This document shows, one piece after another, positions 22,935 to 35,798 of a stretch of DNA of 64,000 bases (positions within the stretch are counted from its first letter, which is position 1; every line of letters begins with the position of its first letter). A program made the position numbers and the translations under genes. Origin of the DNA: Camelus dromedarius (Eukaryota). The notes under the pieces are model-generated. The model had not been told where the DNA came from. It did no database searches and saw nothing but the letters and a program-made list of their open reading frames with translations. Location: contig NC_087472.1 in assembly GCF_036321535.1 (NCBI RefSeq), positions 101,310,001 through 101,374,000 of the forward strand, given 5' to 3'.

Positions 22935-23909
22935 CAGCTGGTTCCCACATTAAAAAGACTTTTTCAATCAATACTGCTGCTTCCCTCAAATGATAGTGCC
23001 AAGCTATGAAATTTTGCCAGCTCATCCTTTGTGAATGAAGGGAAGTGGATTCAGCCGCAGTCCTGTCTTTCTGCCATTATCCTGTATTAAATGTCCTTCA
23101 ATTAGTGTATGCTCCGGGGCCCCTGCTAGACCCCCTGCTGGTTTATGTCACTTATGCATTAACCTCGTTGGTTACCAAACATCCCTATTATTAAGCGATT
23201 AAAAGCCAGGCTTGTTCACCTGCCAGCCCTTTAGTTTCCTTTTCCATCTCCTGGATGATTTTCCCAGATGGAATTTTTGTGATTCTCTGCACATCCATCT
23301 TTTCTTTTATCTTCCAGGAACTTATTTCCTCTGCCGCCCTCTATTCTTTCTCTTCCTTTCTTTTTCCCTGTCCCATTCTTCCTCTCTCCCCACAGTGTGC
23401 TGTCTTTCTGCAATTTTTTTTAATACCACTCTCTCTTCCCAGGAGAAGGTAATTACTTGCTTGAGAACAGGTTGGTTATAGCTGTGTGTGCATTCACCAA
23501 GCTGGAGCCTCGTCAGCAAGGCTGTTTCCAGCCCCTGCTGGCTCAAGCGACATTTGGCAAGTCATCGCTTTCTAACCCTGTGCAATTGTTTTTGCCAATT
23601 TGATGAAATTGTGAAGCAGGTTGCAATGCTGGCAGTTTGAAAATGGTTACTGCATAGTTATACAATCATATTTTAAAAACTTGTTTTTGTATATTTTGTC
23701 CACCTTACCTGCTTGTTTTTAAAGAGCAATGAGATAATTTTAGCTATGTCTGTGTAGTATTAAGCTTGAATTCTTTTGAGAGAAAATTCAGGATGAAGAT
23801 AAAAATGCTCAGCCCATAGGAATGTGCTTTATTTTCAAGTTGACATTTCACCAGGGAGGCAATGGGAGATGTCTATTTTGCTCTCCTTGCTCTGGTATCT
23901 CATGTTGCC

Positions 23910-24230
23910 TATAGCAGGGAACAGCCAATCACAGCTGATAGGCCTCCTGTTTTTGTATGGCCAGTAGCTAAGAATGTTTTTACATTTTTCAGTGGTAGGA
24001 AACAAATCAAAACACAAATATTTTGTGATACCTAAAAACTACATGAAATTCAAATTTCAATATCCATAAGTCAAGTTTTCTTGGTTGCACAACCATGCCA
24101 TCATTCATTGTTGTCCATGGCTACTTTCTCACTGTAATGGCAGAGTTGAGTGGTTATGATGGACTGTATGGCCTGCAAAGCCCAAAATATTTACTCTCTG
24201 CTGCATTACAGACAAAGTTTGCTGATCCCA
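23910..24230. mobile_element. MER58 (hAT-Charlie)
   Basis: cctgtttttgtatggcc...atgaaattcaaatttca...gtatggcctgcaaagcccaaaatatttact...aaagtttgctgatccc. Confidence 0.8.
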
Positions 24231-24239
24231 TATCATGGG

Positions 24240-24403
24240 GGCACTGATTCCCAACTTGGGCTGCCTCTTGGGGAGCTTTAAAAAATACAGATGCATGCAT
24301 CTTGCCCCTAAAGATACTGATTTAATTCTTTGGGGTGTATCCTAGGAATTGGTCATTTAAAAAACTCTAGGTGATTCTCCTTTGCAGCCAAGGTTCAGAA
24401 CCA
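24240..24403. mobile_element. MER5-family MITE
   Basis: ggggagctttaaaaaatacagatgc...ctgatttaatt...aggtgattctcctttgcagccaaggttcagaaccac. Confidence 0.75.
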
Positions 24404-25227
24404 CATAACCCAATATAAGGAGATGTAACACTTTATTCGCTGATGATGATTTGAGGACCTAAAAATCTTTGCTCCCTTACCTAACATGGAAATACTAACT
24501 TCATTTCCTCTCACTCTTATCAGACGGTTTCTGATTCCTGCCCACTTGTCTAGTTCTGATTTCTTTTCTTTTTCCCTCTCTGAGTGTCTTTTGGGCTCAC
24601 ATGTTTCTAAACACCACTGAAAAAAAGCAAAGGAAGCAGGGTTGAATAATGGTTGCTCCTAATTTTAGGTCCATCTCATTAAGTCTTTGATTACGAATTC
24701 ATGACTCCTCTTCATAACCAAGCTCCATACACTAAGGTGTGAAAAGGATATCAGTAGCCAGCAGGGAACCAGCTCCTGAGCTGAAAAACCATCTCACATT
24801 GGAAACAGAATCTGTGAGGGTGTTTGTAGGAGACTCGTCTCTCATCTATGCTTGGTAAATGTTTTACACTCAGCATTGGAGAAAAATGATACTATTAATT
24901 TCATGAGTGCTAGTCATATTTATGTTATGTTCTCCGTGTGTAGTATGAGGAGAACTGCTGACTTTCACTTCCCTCAGCAGGATTCAGTCTGGTGTAAAAA
25001 ATCCACAGCAGTAGAGTCAAAGTATGCACCTCCCAGCCAGTGGCTGTCCGAGTATTTAACAAGAAAAGATCATAAGATATTCATGCTCAGACTACATAAT
25101 CACAGTGTGATCGTGTCCTGGAGTTTCAAGTGGGCACAATAACAAACAAATACTTCAGGAAGTCATAATATAAATTAAAGACTAGGACTTAAAGAAGAGA
25201 ATTCACCTTTCCATGTTCACACCGGTT

Positions 25228-25582
25228 GTATCAGTAAGGATGCATGGGATTGCAAATAATGAAAAACTCGTCTCAAACTGACTTAAACAATGAGAAAATA
25301 TATTAGCCCAATCACAAGGTGTCCAGAGTCAGAGCAGACTCCAAGCACATGATGTTGTATCTCTAGCTTCACTTTGTTCTGTCTCCCTCTGGGATGGCCA
25401 CAGCAGCCCCAGATATAACACACAGACACAATGAAGTCCAGGCCAAGACAGAGCTTCTCTCTCCATGTCTCCTTTCCAGTCTCCATGGCAGAATCTCCTC
25501 TTATGTTTCATTGGCCCAGATTGAGATATATATTCTTTATAAAATTAATTACCAATATGAGATTGCCATGATTGGTTCAGGC
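25228..25582 (-). mobile_element. Old MaLR LTR (MLT1J/K-like)
   Basis: tgtatcagtaaggatgc...ctcaaactgacttaaacaa...gatggccacagcagccccaga...tttcattggcccagattg. Confidence 0.65.
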
Positions 25583-25684
25583 AAATTTAAAAAAAATTTT
25601 ACTGAAGTATAATAGACCTCAAAATATGTGTCTAGATTGATGTATTTTTACAAACTGGGCCCACCTCTATAACCAGCTCTAGAT

Positions 25685-26185
25685 AAGGGCTTTTAACCTT
25701 GTTTGTGCCAGGGAATCCTTTGGCAGTGTGCTGAAGCTTAGGGACCCTTTTAAAGAATTTTTTAAATGTATAAAGTAAAATACATAGGATTAAAAAGAAA
25801 TCCAGTTATCTGGAAATGATGTTATTAGGATTTTAATGCATTCACTCAGGTTAATTAAGATTAATTTGGTCATTCAGTAAGTTTATGATATAATAGTATG
25901 TGTGCTTCTTTATTAACACATTAAATAACAAAATCTGATGGCAAGTATAATTACTACAATAATTCTGAATTGCTGATGAGTATAAAGGATTCCAGTGGTG
26001 ACGAAATCATAGCTCCTGCTAATATACTACTGTGGTTTGTTTCGTACATTTATAATTAAAGGAAAAGCTCCACTTCAATTACAGATTAGTGAAAATAAAG
26101 AGGTATTTTTTCCATGCACAGTCACAGAGACCTCAAATTTTATCCCTGGACCAATTAAAGTCAATGGGTCCGAGGTTAAGAACAT
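25685..26185 (+). mobile_element. Charlie4a-like hAT DNA transposon
   Basis: agggcttttaacctt...cctttggcagtgtgctgaagcttagggacccttt...ggtccgaggttaagaac (TIR-like ends). Confidence 0.8.
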
Positions 26186-26282
26186 CTGGAACTTAGATTC
26201 ATCAGTTGAAGTGCTCTGGACTTTAAGGGGTTTGAACACCATGACCCACCATAGTAGGTGAAGGAAATTGGAGTCCTGCAGA

Positions 26283-26420
26283 TTCATTCATTCTTCATTC
26301 ATTCACTCAAGACATTTATCACACACCCACTATGTGTTAGTCACGTTTTGCACAGGTATACACTGGTGAATTAAGTGACATAATCTCTCATCTCGTGGAG
26401 AGAGGCAAGGCCATTGGAGA
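26283..26420 (-). mobile_element. L2 3' end fragment
   Basis: ttcattcattcttcattcattcactcaagacatttat...actatgtg. Confidence 0.6.
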
Positions 26421-26914
26421 GGAAAAACAATAAAGATATAAATAGAGGTGAACTGAAGATTCAGAGGGAGCAAGTTGTTTATTTGAGCTGGAATCCAGAG
26501 AGCTGGTTCATACCAAAGGATGGGTAAGATGTTAGCTGAATTCATTATAGGTAATTGCCAAGAGTTTCTCTGAAGCAAAGTGGACTTTGCACTGGGGCCA
26601 CTCTGGACCCCTAGTGAGCCCCTCTGTGGAACAGTCCTGTGTATCTTCAGTAAAGCCTAGTCTTCAGCGTGCTGGCTGGTCCCATTTAATTTGATACTAT
26701 TCGGTAAAGATCCCTGTGACTCTCCTTGCCATTTTGGTGTTCTCCACCCAAGTTTTCTGCTAAAACCAGGAGTTCATATTACATTAATTTGCCTTAAGAT
26801 GCTGTCTTCAACAATACATTGTGTCTCTAGCCTGCAACTGCCAGTACCAATAACAATAAAGGCATTTCAGGAAACACCTTGATATCCTGAGAAAACAGAG
26901 CTACGTTACTTCCT

Positions 26915-27200
26915 TCCCTCCTTCATTACAAGATATTTATTGAGTACCTGCTGGATAATAAGCATGATGCTAGAAGCAAGGGCCACAGAGATTAACAAGA
27001 CATGGCTCTACCTTCAAGCAAACACTTTAGTGGAGGGAGACAGGCATGTAAAACCAGTAAATGTCAGTTGGTGTCCAAGCTGCTGGGGGAAAAATCTGTG
27101 CGGGTTGCACTGGGGATGTAAAGGCTGGAGGGGACAATTCTGCCAGGTCGGGTGTAGAGAGTGGGCACAAAGGGTTTCATATGAAGTCAGTTCTTAAGCT
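26915..27200 (-). mobile_element. L2 3' end fragment
   Basis: caagatatttattgagtacctgct...ctaccttcaag...tagtggagggagacag. Confidence 0.65.
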
Positions 27201-27802
27201 TCATCTGGGAAGAGGGGTGAATAGTATGTTGCTAGGTGGTCAAGAATGAAGGAACTTTTTCAGCTGTGTGCTCACACACCCATGGACCACATCCTGACTT
27301 TCCACATAGGTGAGCAGCTAATAGGCACTGATAGAATTGTCTGGGCCCTATTCAGTATCCATTCAATTCCCTTTTGTGATGTTGACATTACCCAAACTTT
27401 GATGTTCCTCTCTGGTCCCTGGACTTGGAAAGCTGCCTGACATCCTCTATTATATTAATTGTATTAATCTTTTTTAAATATATATTTTTATTGAAGTATA
27501 GTCAGTTTACAATGTTGTGTCAATTTCTGATGTACAGCACAAAGCTTCAGTCATATAGGAACATACATATATTTGTTTTCATATTCTTTTTCACCATAAG
27601 TTACTACAAGATAATGAATATAGTTCCCTGTTCTATACAGTATAAAATTGTTGTTTATCTATTTTATATGTATTAGTATCTGCAAATCTCAAACTCCTGA
27701 TTTATCCCTTTCCACCCTCTACCCGCCCCCCATAACCATAAGTTTGTTTCTATGTCTGTGAGTCTGTTTCTGTTTTGTAAATAAGTTTGTCTATTTTTTT
27801 TT

Positions 27803-30800
27803 TTAGATTCCACATGTAAGTGATATCATATGGTATTTTTCTTTTTCTGGCTTACTTAGAACGACATTCTCCAGGTCCATCCATGTTTCTGCAAATGGCA
27901 TTATTTTATTATTTTTTATGACTGACTAGTATTCCGTTGTAAAAATATAGGACAGCTTCTTTATCCAGTCATCTGTCAATGGACATTTACGTTGTTTCCA
28001 TGTCATGGCTTTTGTAAGTAGTGTTGCTATGAACATTGGGGTGCTGGTGTCTTTTTGAATTAAGGTTCCCTCTGGATATATGCCCAGGAGTGGAATTACT
28101 GGATCGTCTGGCAAGTCTATTTTTAGTATTTTGAGGAATTTCCATACTGTTTTCCATAATGGCTGCACCAAACTACATTCCCACCAACAGTGTAGGAGGG
28201 TTCCCTTTTCTCCACAGCCTTTCCAGTATTTATTGTTTTGAATGATGGCCATTCTGACTGGTGTGAGGTGATACCTCATTGTTGTTTTGATTTGCATTTC
28301 TCTGATAATTAGAGATATTGAGCATTTTTTCACGTGCCTATTGGCCATTTGTATGTCTTCATTAGAGAATTGCTTATTTAGGTCTTCTGCCTATTTTTGG
28401 ATTGGGTTTTTTTTTTTTGTTATTAAGTTGTATGAGCTGTTTATATATTCTGGAGATTAAGCCCTTGTCAGTCTCATCTTTTGCAAATATTTTCTCCCAT
28501 TCTGTAGGTTGTCTTTTTGTTTTGCTTATAGTTTCCTTTGCTATGCAAAAGCTTATAAATTTAATTAGATCCCATTTGTTTATTTTTGCTTTTATTTCTA
28601 TTGCTTGGGTAGATTGCTCTAGGAGAACATTGCTGAGATTTATGTCAGATAAGTTTTGCATATGTTTCCTTCTAAGAGATGTATGGTGTCTTGTCTTATG
28701 TTTAAGTCTTTAAGCCATTTTGAGTTTATTTTTTGTATGGTGTAAGGGAGTGTTCTAGCTTCATTGATTTACATGCAGCTGTCCAGTTTTCCCAACACCA
28801 TTTGCTGAAGAGACTGTCTTTACTCCATTGTATGTTCTTGCCTCCTTTGTCAAAGATTAATTGACCAAAAGTTTGTGGGTTTTTTCTGGTCTCTCTATTC
28901 TGTTCCATTGATCCATATGTCTGTTTCTGTACCAATACCATGCTATTTTGATTACTGTAGCTCTGTAGTATTGTCTGAAGTCTGAGAGGGTTATTCCTCC
29001 AGCTTCATTCTTTTTCTTCAGTAATGCTTTGCCAATTCTGGGTCTTTTCTGATTCCGTATAAATTTTAGGATTATTTGTTGTAGTTCTGTGAAAAATGTC
29101 CTAGGTAATTTGATAGGAATTGCATTAAATCTGTAGGTTTCTTCAGATAGTATTGCCATTTTAACAATATTAATTCTTCCAATTCAAGAACATGGGATAT
29201 CTTTCCATTTCTTTAAGTCAACTTTAATTTCTTTAGTCAGTGTTTTGTAGTTCTCTGTATATGAGTCTTTCACTTTCTTGGTCAGATTTCTTCCTAAGTA
29301 TTTTTTTTTTTTGGATGCAATTTTAAAAGGGATTATTTCTTTACTTTGCTTTTCTGATATTTCATTGTTAGTGTAAAGAAATGCAACTGATTTCTGTATG
29401 TTAATCTTGTATCTTGCTACCTTGCCAAATTCTTTTACTAGCTCTAGTAGTTTTTGTGTGGAGCCTTTAGGGTTTTCTGTATATAGTATCATGTCATCCA
29501 CATATAATGACACTTGTACCTCTTCTTTTCCAATTTGGATCTCTTGTATTTCTTTTTCTTGTTTAATTGCTATGGTTGGGACTTCCAACACTGTATTGAA
29601 TAGAAGTGGTGAGAGTGGGCATCCTTATCTTGTTTCAGATTTTAGCAGAAAGGCTTTCAGCTTTTCATCATTGAGTATTATGCTGGCTGTAGGTTTGTCA
29701 TAAATAGCTTTTGTTATGTTTAGATATGTTCCCTCTATACCCACTTTGGTAAGAGTTTTTGTCATAAATGGGTGTTGAATTTTATCAAATATTTTTTCTG
29801 CATCTATTGAGATGATCATGTGATTTTTGTCCTTTCTCATGTTGATGTGGTGTATTACATTGATTGATTTGCGTATGTTGAACCATCCTTATGTCCCTGG
29901 GATGAACCCAACTTGATCTTTTTTATGTGTTGTTGGATTTTGTTTGCTAATATTTTGATAAGGATTTTTGCATCTATGTTCATCAGTGATACTGGCCTGT
30001 GATTTTCTTTTTTGGTATTGTCTTTGTCTGGCTTTGGTATCAGGGCGATGGTGGCTTCATAGAATGAGTTTGGGAGTATTCCCTCCTCTTCAATCTTTTG
30101 GAAGAGTTTGAGAAGGACTGGTATGAGCTCTTCTTTGTATGTTTGATAGAATTCCCCAGTGAAGCCACCTGGTCCCGGACTTTTGTTTGCAGGGAGGTTT
30201 TTTATTGCTGATTCTATTTCACTTCTAGTGATTGTTCTGTTCAGATGATCTATTTCTTCTTGATTCAGTTTTGGTGGATTGTATGTTTCTAGAAACTTGT
30301 CCATTTCTTCTAAGTTGTCCAATTTATTGCCATATAGTTGTTCATAGTATTCTCTTATGATTTTTTCTGTATTTCTGTGGTGTTGGTTGTAATCTCTCCA
30401 TTTTCATTTCTTATTTTGTTTATCTGTGTCCTCTCTCTTTTCTTCTTGGTGAGCCTGGCCAGAAATGTCAATTTTGTTGACTCTTTCAAAAAATCAGCTC
30501 CTTGGTAAGAATGCAGTTTGGTGCAGCCACTGTGGAAAACAGTATGGAGATTCCTCAAAAGACTAGGAATAGACTTACCATATGACCCAGGAATCTCGCT
30601 CCTGGGCGTATATCCAGAAGGAACCCTACTTCAAAAAGACACCTGCACCCCAATGTTCATAGCAGCACTATTTACAATAGCCAAGACATGGAGACAGCCT
30701 AAATGTCAACGGATGACTGGATAAAGAAGTTGTGGTATATTTATACAATGGAATACTACTCAGCCATAAAAACCGACAATATAATGCCATTTGCAGCAAC

Positions 30801-32295
30801 ATGGATGCTCCTGGAGAATGTCATTCTAAGTGAAGTAAGCCAGAAAGAGAAAGAAAAATACCATATGAGATCGCTCATATGTGGAATCTAAAAAAACAAA
30901 CAAACAAACAAAGCATAAGTACAAAACAGAAATAGACTCATAGACATAGAATACAAACTTGTGGTTGCCAAGGGGGGGTGGGTGGGAAGGGATAGACTGG
31001 GATTTCAAAATTGTAGAATAGATAAACAAGATTATACTGTATAGCACAGGGAAATATATACAAGATCTTATGGTAGCTCACAGAGAAAAAAATATGACAA
31101 TGAATATATATATGTTCATGTATAACTGAAAAATTGTGCTCTACACTGGAATTTGACACAACATTGTAAAATGACTATAAATCAATAAAGAAGGATAAAA
31201 AGAAAAGCCCAGCTCTTGGTTTGATTGATTTTTCTGTTGTTTTTTAATCTCTATTTTATTTATTTTCTCCCTGATCTTTATTATTTCTTTCCTTCTGCTG
31301 ACTTTAGGTTTTGTTTGTTCTTATTTTTCTAATTCTTTTAGGTGATAGATGAGGTTGTTTATTTGAGATTGTTCTTCTCTTTCGAGAAAGGCCTATATCT
31401 CTGTGAACTTCCCTCTTAGGACTGCTTTTGCTGCATCCCATAGATTTCGTGTGGTTGTGTTTTCATTGTTGCTTGTCTCAAGGTATTTAAAAAAATTTTT
31501 TTTTATTTCACTGTTGATCCATTGGCTCTTTAGTAGCATGTTGTTTAGTCTCCATGCTGTCGTTTTTTTCTCATTTGTTTTTCTGTGGTTGATTTCTGGT
31601 TTCATGCCATTGTGATTGGAGAAGATGCTTGGAATAATTTCTATCCTCTTAAATTTGTTGAGGCTTATTTTGTGCCTGACTTTGTGGTCTATCCTAGAGA
31701 ATGTTCCATGAGCACTTAAAAAAGAATGCATATTCAGTTTTTTTGGGTTGTAATGTCCTAGAAATATCAACCAAGTCTAACTGTTCTGTTGTGTCATTTA
31801 GTATGTCCATTGCCTTATCAATTTTCTGTTTGAAGACCTGTCCAATGATGTTAATGGGTGTTAAAGTCTCCTACTATTATTGTATTCCCATCAATTTCTC
31901 CTTTTATGTCTGTTAGTATTTGTTTTATATATTTAGGTGCTTCTATGTTGGGTGCATATATGTTAACGAGTGTAATAGCTTCATCTTGTATTGCTCCTCT
32001 GATCATTATATAGTGTCCTTCTTTATCTTTCTTTATAGCCTTTGTATTAAAGTCTATTTTGTCTGTTATGAGTATTTCTACTCCTGCTTATTTGTCATTT
32101 CCATTTGCATGAAATATCTTTTTCCATCCTCTCACTTTCAATCTATGTGTGTCCTTTACTCTAAAGTGGGTCTCTTGTAGGCAGCATATTGTAGGCTTTT
32201 GTTTTATTATCCAATCTGCCACTCTGTGTCTTTTGATTGGAGCATTTAGTCCATTGACATTTATAGTAATTATTGATAGATAAGTTTATAGCCAT
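27803..32295 (-). pseudogene. L1 ORF2p (endonuclease/reverse transcriptase), multiply disrupted
   Basis: ATG at 32295 followed by [68 protein letters not shown]; many frameshifts and stops plus the nested insertion. Confidence 0.93.
30507..31209 (+). mobile_element. Young 5'-truncated L1 nested in opposite orientation inside ORF2 of the full-length L1
   Basis: [24 protein letters not shown]...; 3' UTR similar to 10433-11150; own A-rich tail; TSD cagctc(c)ttggt at 30495-30506 and 31210-31220. Confidence 0.94.
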
Positions 32296-32732
32296 TTTGA
32301 ACTTTGTTTTCCAGTTGATTTGATATTTCTTCTTTGTTTCTTTCTTTTCCTTTTTGTTTTTCTTTTTGTGGTTTGATAATTTTCTTTTGTATTAGCTTGG
32401 TTTCTTTTTGGATTTTGTGACTCTATTGTTTGCTTTTGATTTGTAGTTACCTTGTTTTTCAAGTATGTTAACTCCTTACTGTATCTGTTTGCTTGAGACT
32501 GATAGTCATGTAGGTTCAAGCACATCCTAAAAAGAATGAAGGAAAAAAAAAAGAGAGGGAAAATAATCTATATTTTCTTGCTCCCTTCTCCCACCTTTTA
32601 TGATTTTTGATATTCCTTATTTTTATTTATGTATTTTTCACATCTTCATGTTTATTCTCTTGCAACTCATTGTGGTTATTGCATTTCCAATTATGGTTTT
32701 CTCTTTTCTATAGATTACTGTTTCTTTTTTAT

Positions 32733-33618
32733 TTAGAGTAGACCTTTCAATATTTCTTTTAGTATAGATTTAGTATTGCTGAATTCCTTTAGTTTTTGCT
32801 TGTCTGTGAAATTCTTTATCCCTCTTTCTACTCTAAAGGATAGTCTTGCCAGATAGAGTATTCTAGGCTACAGCTTTTTCTCATTCAGGACTTTGAATAT
32901 ATCTTGCCACTCCCTTCTGGCCAGCAGTGTTTGTGTAGAGAAATCAGCTAAAAGCCTTATGGGGGTTCCCTTGTAACTAACTCTTTGTTTTTCTCTTGCT
33001 GCCTTTACAATCATTTCTTTATCTTTAATTTTGGCCATCTTAATTATAATATGTCTTGGTGTAGGTCTGTTTGAGTTCTTCTTGTTTGGGATCCTTTGTG
33101 CCTCCTGTACTTGGATATCTGTTTCCTTCTTTAGGTTTGGAAAGTTTTCATTCATGATTTCTTCAAATACCTTTTCAATTCCCTTTTCTCTTTCTTCTCC
33201 TTCTGGGACCCCTATTATGTGTAAGTTGGCATGGTTCATATTATCTCATAGGTCCCTTATATTGCTTTCATTGGTTTTTACTTGCTTTTCTGTCTGCTGT
33301 TCTGATTGGGTGACTTCTGTTATCCTGTCTTCTAAGTCACTTATTCATTCCTCTGCATTATCTAGTCTGCCTTTGACTGCCTTTAGCTTGGCTCTTGGCA
33401 GCTGAGTTTTCTGTTTTTAATTGGCTCTTCTTTATGGTTTCAATGTCCTTTTCAGAGTATTCTCTGCCTCTATTCATAGTCTCTTTTAGTTTGTTCAGTA
33501 CTTTGATCACTCCCTTTTTGAAGTCATGATCTAGTAGACTATCGAGACCAATTTCATTGATCATTCTTTCAGGGGATTTCTCTTCTTTTAATTGGGACTA
33601 GTTCCTCAGCTTCTTCAT
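32733..33618 (-). pseudogene. L1 ORF1p (RNA-binding), disrupted
   Basis: MKKLRN*SQLK...MINEI; NLHIIGVPEGEEREKGIEKVFEEIMNENFPNL; RPTPRHIIIKM; AAREKQRVSYKGTPIRL; ends KEILKGLL*. Confidence 0.92.
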
Positions 33619-35197
33619 TTTACTTATATCTCTCTGGCTCTATGGATTTAGGAATATCAGTTATCTACTGTGGTCTTGAAGGGCTGTTTTATTTTCTGTT
33701 TGTTTGTTTTTATTTAAAGTGGGAGCATTCCTGTGTAGACTGTGTGCATCTAATAGTTTTGTTGCAAGGGCTCTTCTTAGTGTGGATGGTTCCCATGTCT
33801 TTCTTTTGTGAATGTTGGCTATTATCCCTTTGATTGGCGGTGTGGTTGGTGTTGTAGTGTTCAGAGCCTGCCCTGATTGTTGTTGCTGAGTTAGGCCTCC
33901 TTTTTTGTTCTGTGGTTGTCACAGCCTTGACAGGATCCTGGTCTGCGCCCCTGTTGCTGGAATAGAGGCTTCTAGACCCGTTTCTGAGCTGTGGTGTGTA
34001 GTAGGCAGGATTGGAGTGCTTCAGCTGGGAAGAAGAGTAGGCAGATGTCCATTGGAAGTGCCCTCTGTGGTGTTATCTGTTACTTGTTATGCAGGCTTGC
34101 CAAGTACTCTTTGCTGACGCTGCCTTTGTCCTTGCCGTAGCTTTGGGAATGTCATTCACCTGCTCTGGTGTCCCCCAGGTTCTGAGCCCCAGGAACCACC
34201 AGTGCAGATCCACCAATGTCAGGTGCTAGGACTCGCTGTAGCAAATGTGCAGTCACACACCTGAATCTGTGGTATGCCAGAGGGTCAGTGCAGATCCCAG
34301 CCCCACCTCCACATATAGTACGGTACACCAGTCTGTTGTAAATACCTGCATTTGCCTCCACTCACTGCCTATTGTCCCAGAGACGAGGGTCCACAAAGGG
34401 TCTAGAGAGCAAAACCACCCTCTGCCTGGGGCTGTAAATAAATCTCAGTCCCATCTGTGAAGTTGCAGGGCCGCTGGGTATGGATTCAGCTTTTAGCCCC
34501 GCCTCCGCACCACAGTGATGGCTATGACCAAGCCCCACCTCTCTTCTCAGAAAGAACACACCAACATTGGAGCCAACCAGAGAAAGCAGCTATGGCACGG
34601 CTGCGTTGTGCCCCTCCCCCACACCCACACCAACAGTGGTGCTTTTTTGTGGGGGTCCTAGGCTGTTCTGTTCCACACACACCCCCATCCAGAGCTCACA
34701 CTGCCCTCCATTCTGCCTCTGTGCAGTCGGCCCCAACCCTCTGCCTGGGCTGCTCACCGATCTCCAGCAGCCAGTCCTGGCTTTTCCCTGTTGGCTTACA
34801 TCTAGGGCCAGGGATCACAGGGACCCTCCGTGTCAGTTTCCCTTAGTTCTGTCTGCCAAGCAGTTGTCATTTTCTCCTCCGAGCCTCAGAAACTCTGCTT
34901 CTGTCCCCACTGACGTCCTGGCTGGAGAGGGGGCATCCCAGCCTGAGGGTGCCTTTCTTCCTATGCCGCTCCCTCCCTGCAGGACTGGTCCTGCACTGAG
35001 TTTTTCTTTTTTCTTCTTTTTTTTTTCTTACTGGATTTGGTGAGAATCCTCCTGTATTTCAAAGCAAGAGACACTCTGCCAGAGTTCAGTAGGTGTTTTG
35101 TGCAATTCAGTGGGTTTGTAGATGTAATTCTTCGTGTATTTGTGGGAGAGGGCAAGCTGTGAGTCTCTCTACTACACTATCTTGGCTCCACCCCCCC
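33619..35197 (-). promoter_or_regulatory. L1 5' UTR (internal Pol II promoter, about 1.6 kb)
   Basis: GC-richer segment between the ORF1 ATG and the TSD; starts with a G run and a YY1-like ccaagat motif. Confidence 0.8.
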
Positions 35198-35740
35198 AAC
35201 TGTGTTAATCTTTTTGGAGAGCCAATTTCTGGCATCATTGATTCTTTTCTATTATTTTCTATTCTCTGATTTCTTTTCTCATCTTTATTATTTCCTTCCT
35301 TCCACTTTCTCTGGATTTGCTATCTTGTTCTTTAACTTTTTAAAATGGAAACATAGACCATTGATTTTCAGTCTGTCTGTTTTAATACATGCTTTTAAAG
35401 CTTAATTTTCCCTCTATTCACTGCCCTAGCTGCACCTGTAAGTTTTGATATGCAGTATCTTTCCTTATCATCAGTCCAAAATGTTTTCTAATTTCCATTG
35501 TGATTTCTTCTTTGACTCATGAATTATTTAGAAGTTAACTTTCAATCAGTTGTGAATTTTCTAGTCACCTTTTTGTCATTGATTTCTAGCTTAAGATCAT
35601 TGTGATCATAGAATATACTCAGAATAATTTCCATCCTTTGAAATTTATTGAGGTTTGATGACCTAGTGTATGGTGAATTTTGGTAAATGTTCCTTGTACA
35701 TCTGAAAAAGAACATGTATTCTGTTATTACTGGGGACTGC
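35198..35740 (-). mobile_element. Ancient L1M ORF2 (endonuclease region) fragment; the target of the full-length L1
   Basis: NLNKFQRMEIILSIFYDHNDLKLEINDKK matches L1 EN; parallels 31210-31750. Confidence 0.8.
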
Positions 35741-35798
35741 CCCTGTTTTGAACCTCTCTCCATACTTTGTTATAGTTTTAACTCTTTGATCTTTTCAG

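Larger units (their letters stand above)
27475..35197 (-). mobile_element. Full-length, decayed L1 (5' UTR, ORF1, inter-ORF spacer, ORF2, 3' UTR) with a nested younger L1
   Basis: 5' end reads gggggggtggagccaagatag on minus; ORF1 and EN/RT/C-terminal ORF2 peptides are collinear; 18-bp TSD aa[t/c]tgt[a/g]ttaatcttttt at 27457-27474 and 35198-35215. Confidence 0.96.

Noticed and set aside
30507..31209. Possible twin-priming inversion within the full-length L1
   Set aside because: The segment has its own 3' UTR, A tail and TSD, and host ORF2 resumes collinearly, so it is an independent insertion
34457..35043. 129- and 158-aa antisense ORFs in the L1 5' UTR (ORF0-like?)
   Set aside because: Non-ATG starts in GC-rich sequence where open frames are expected by chance; ORF0 is described for primate L1
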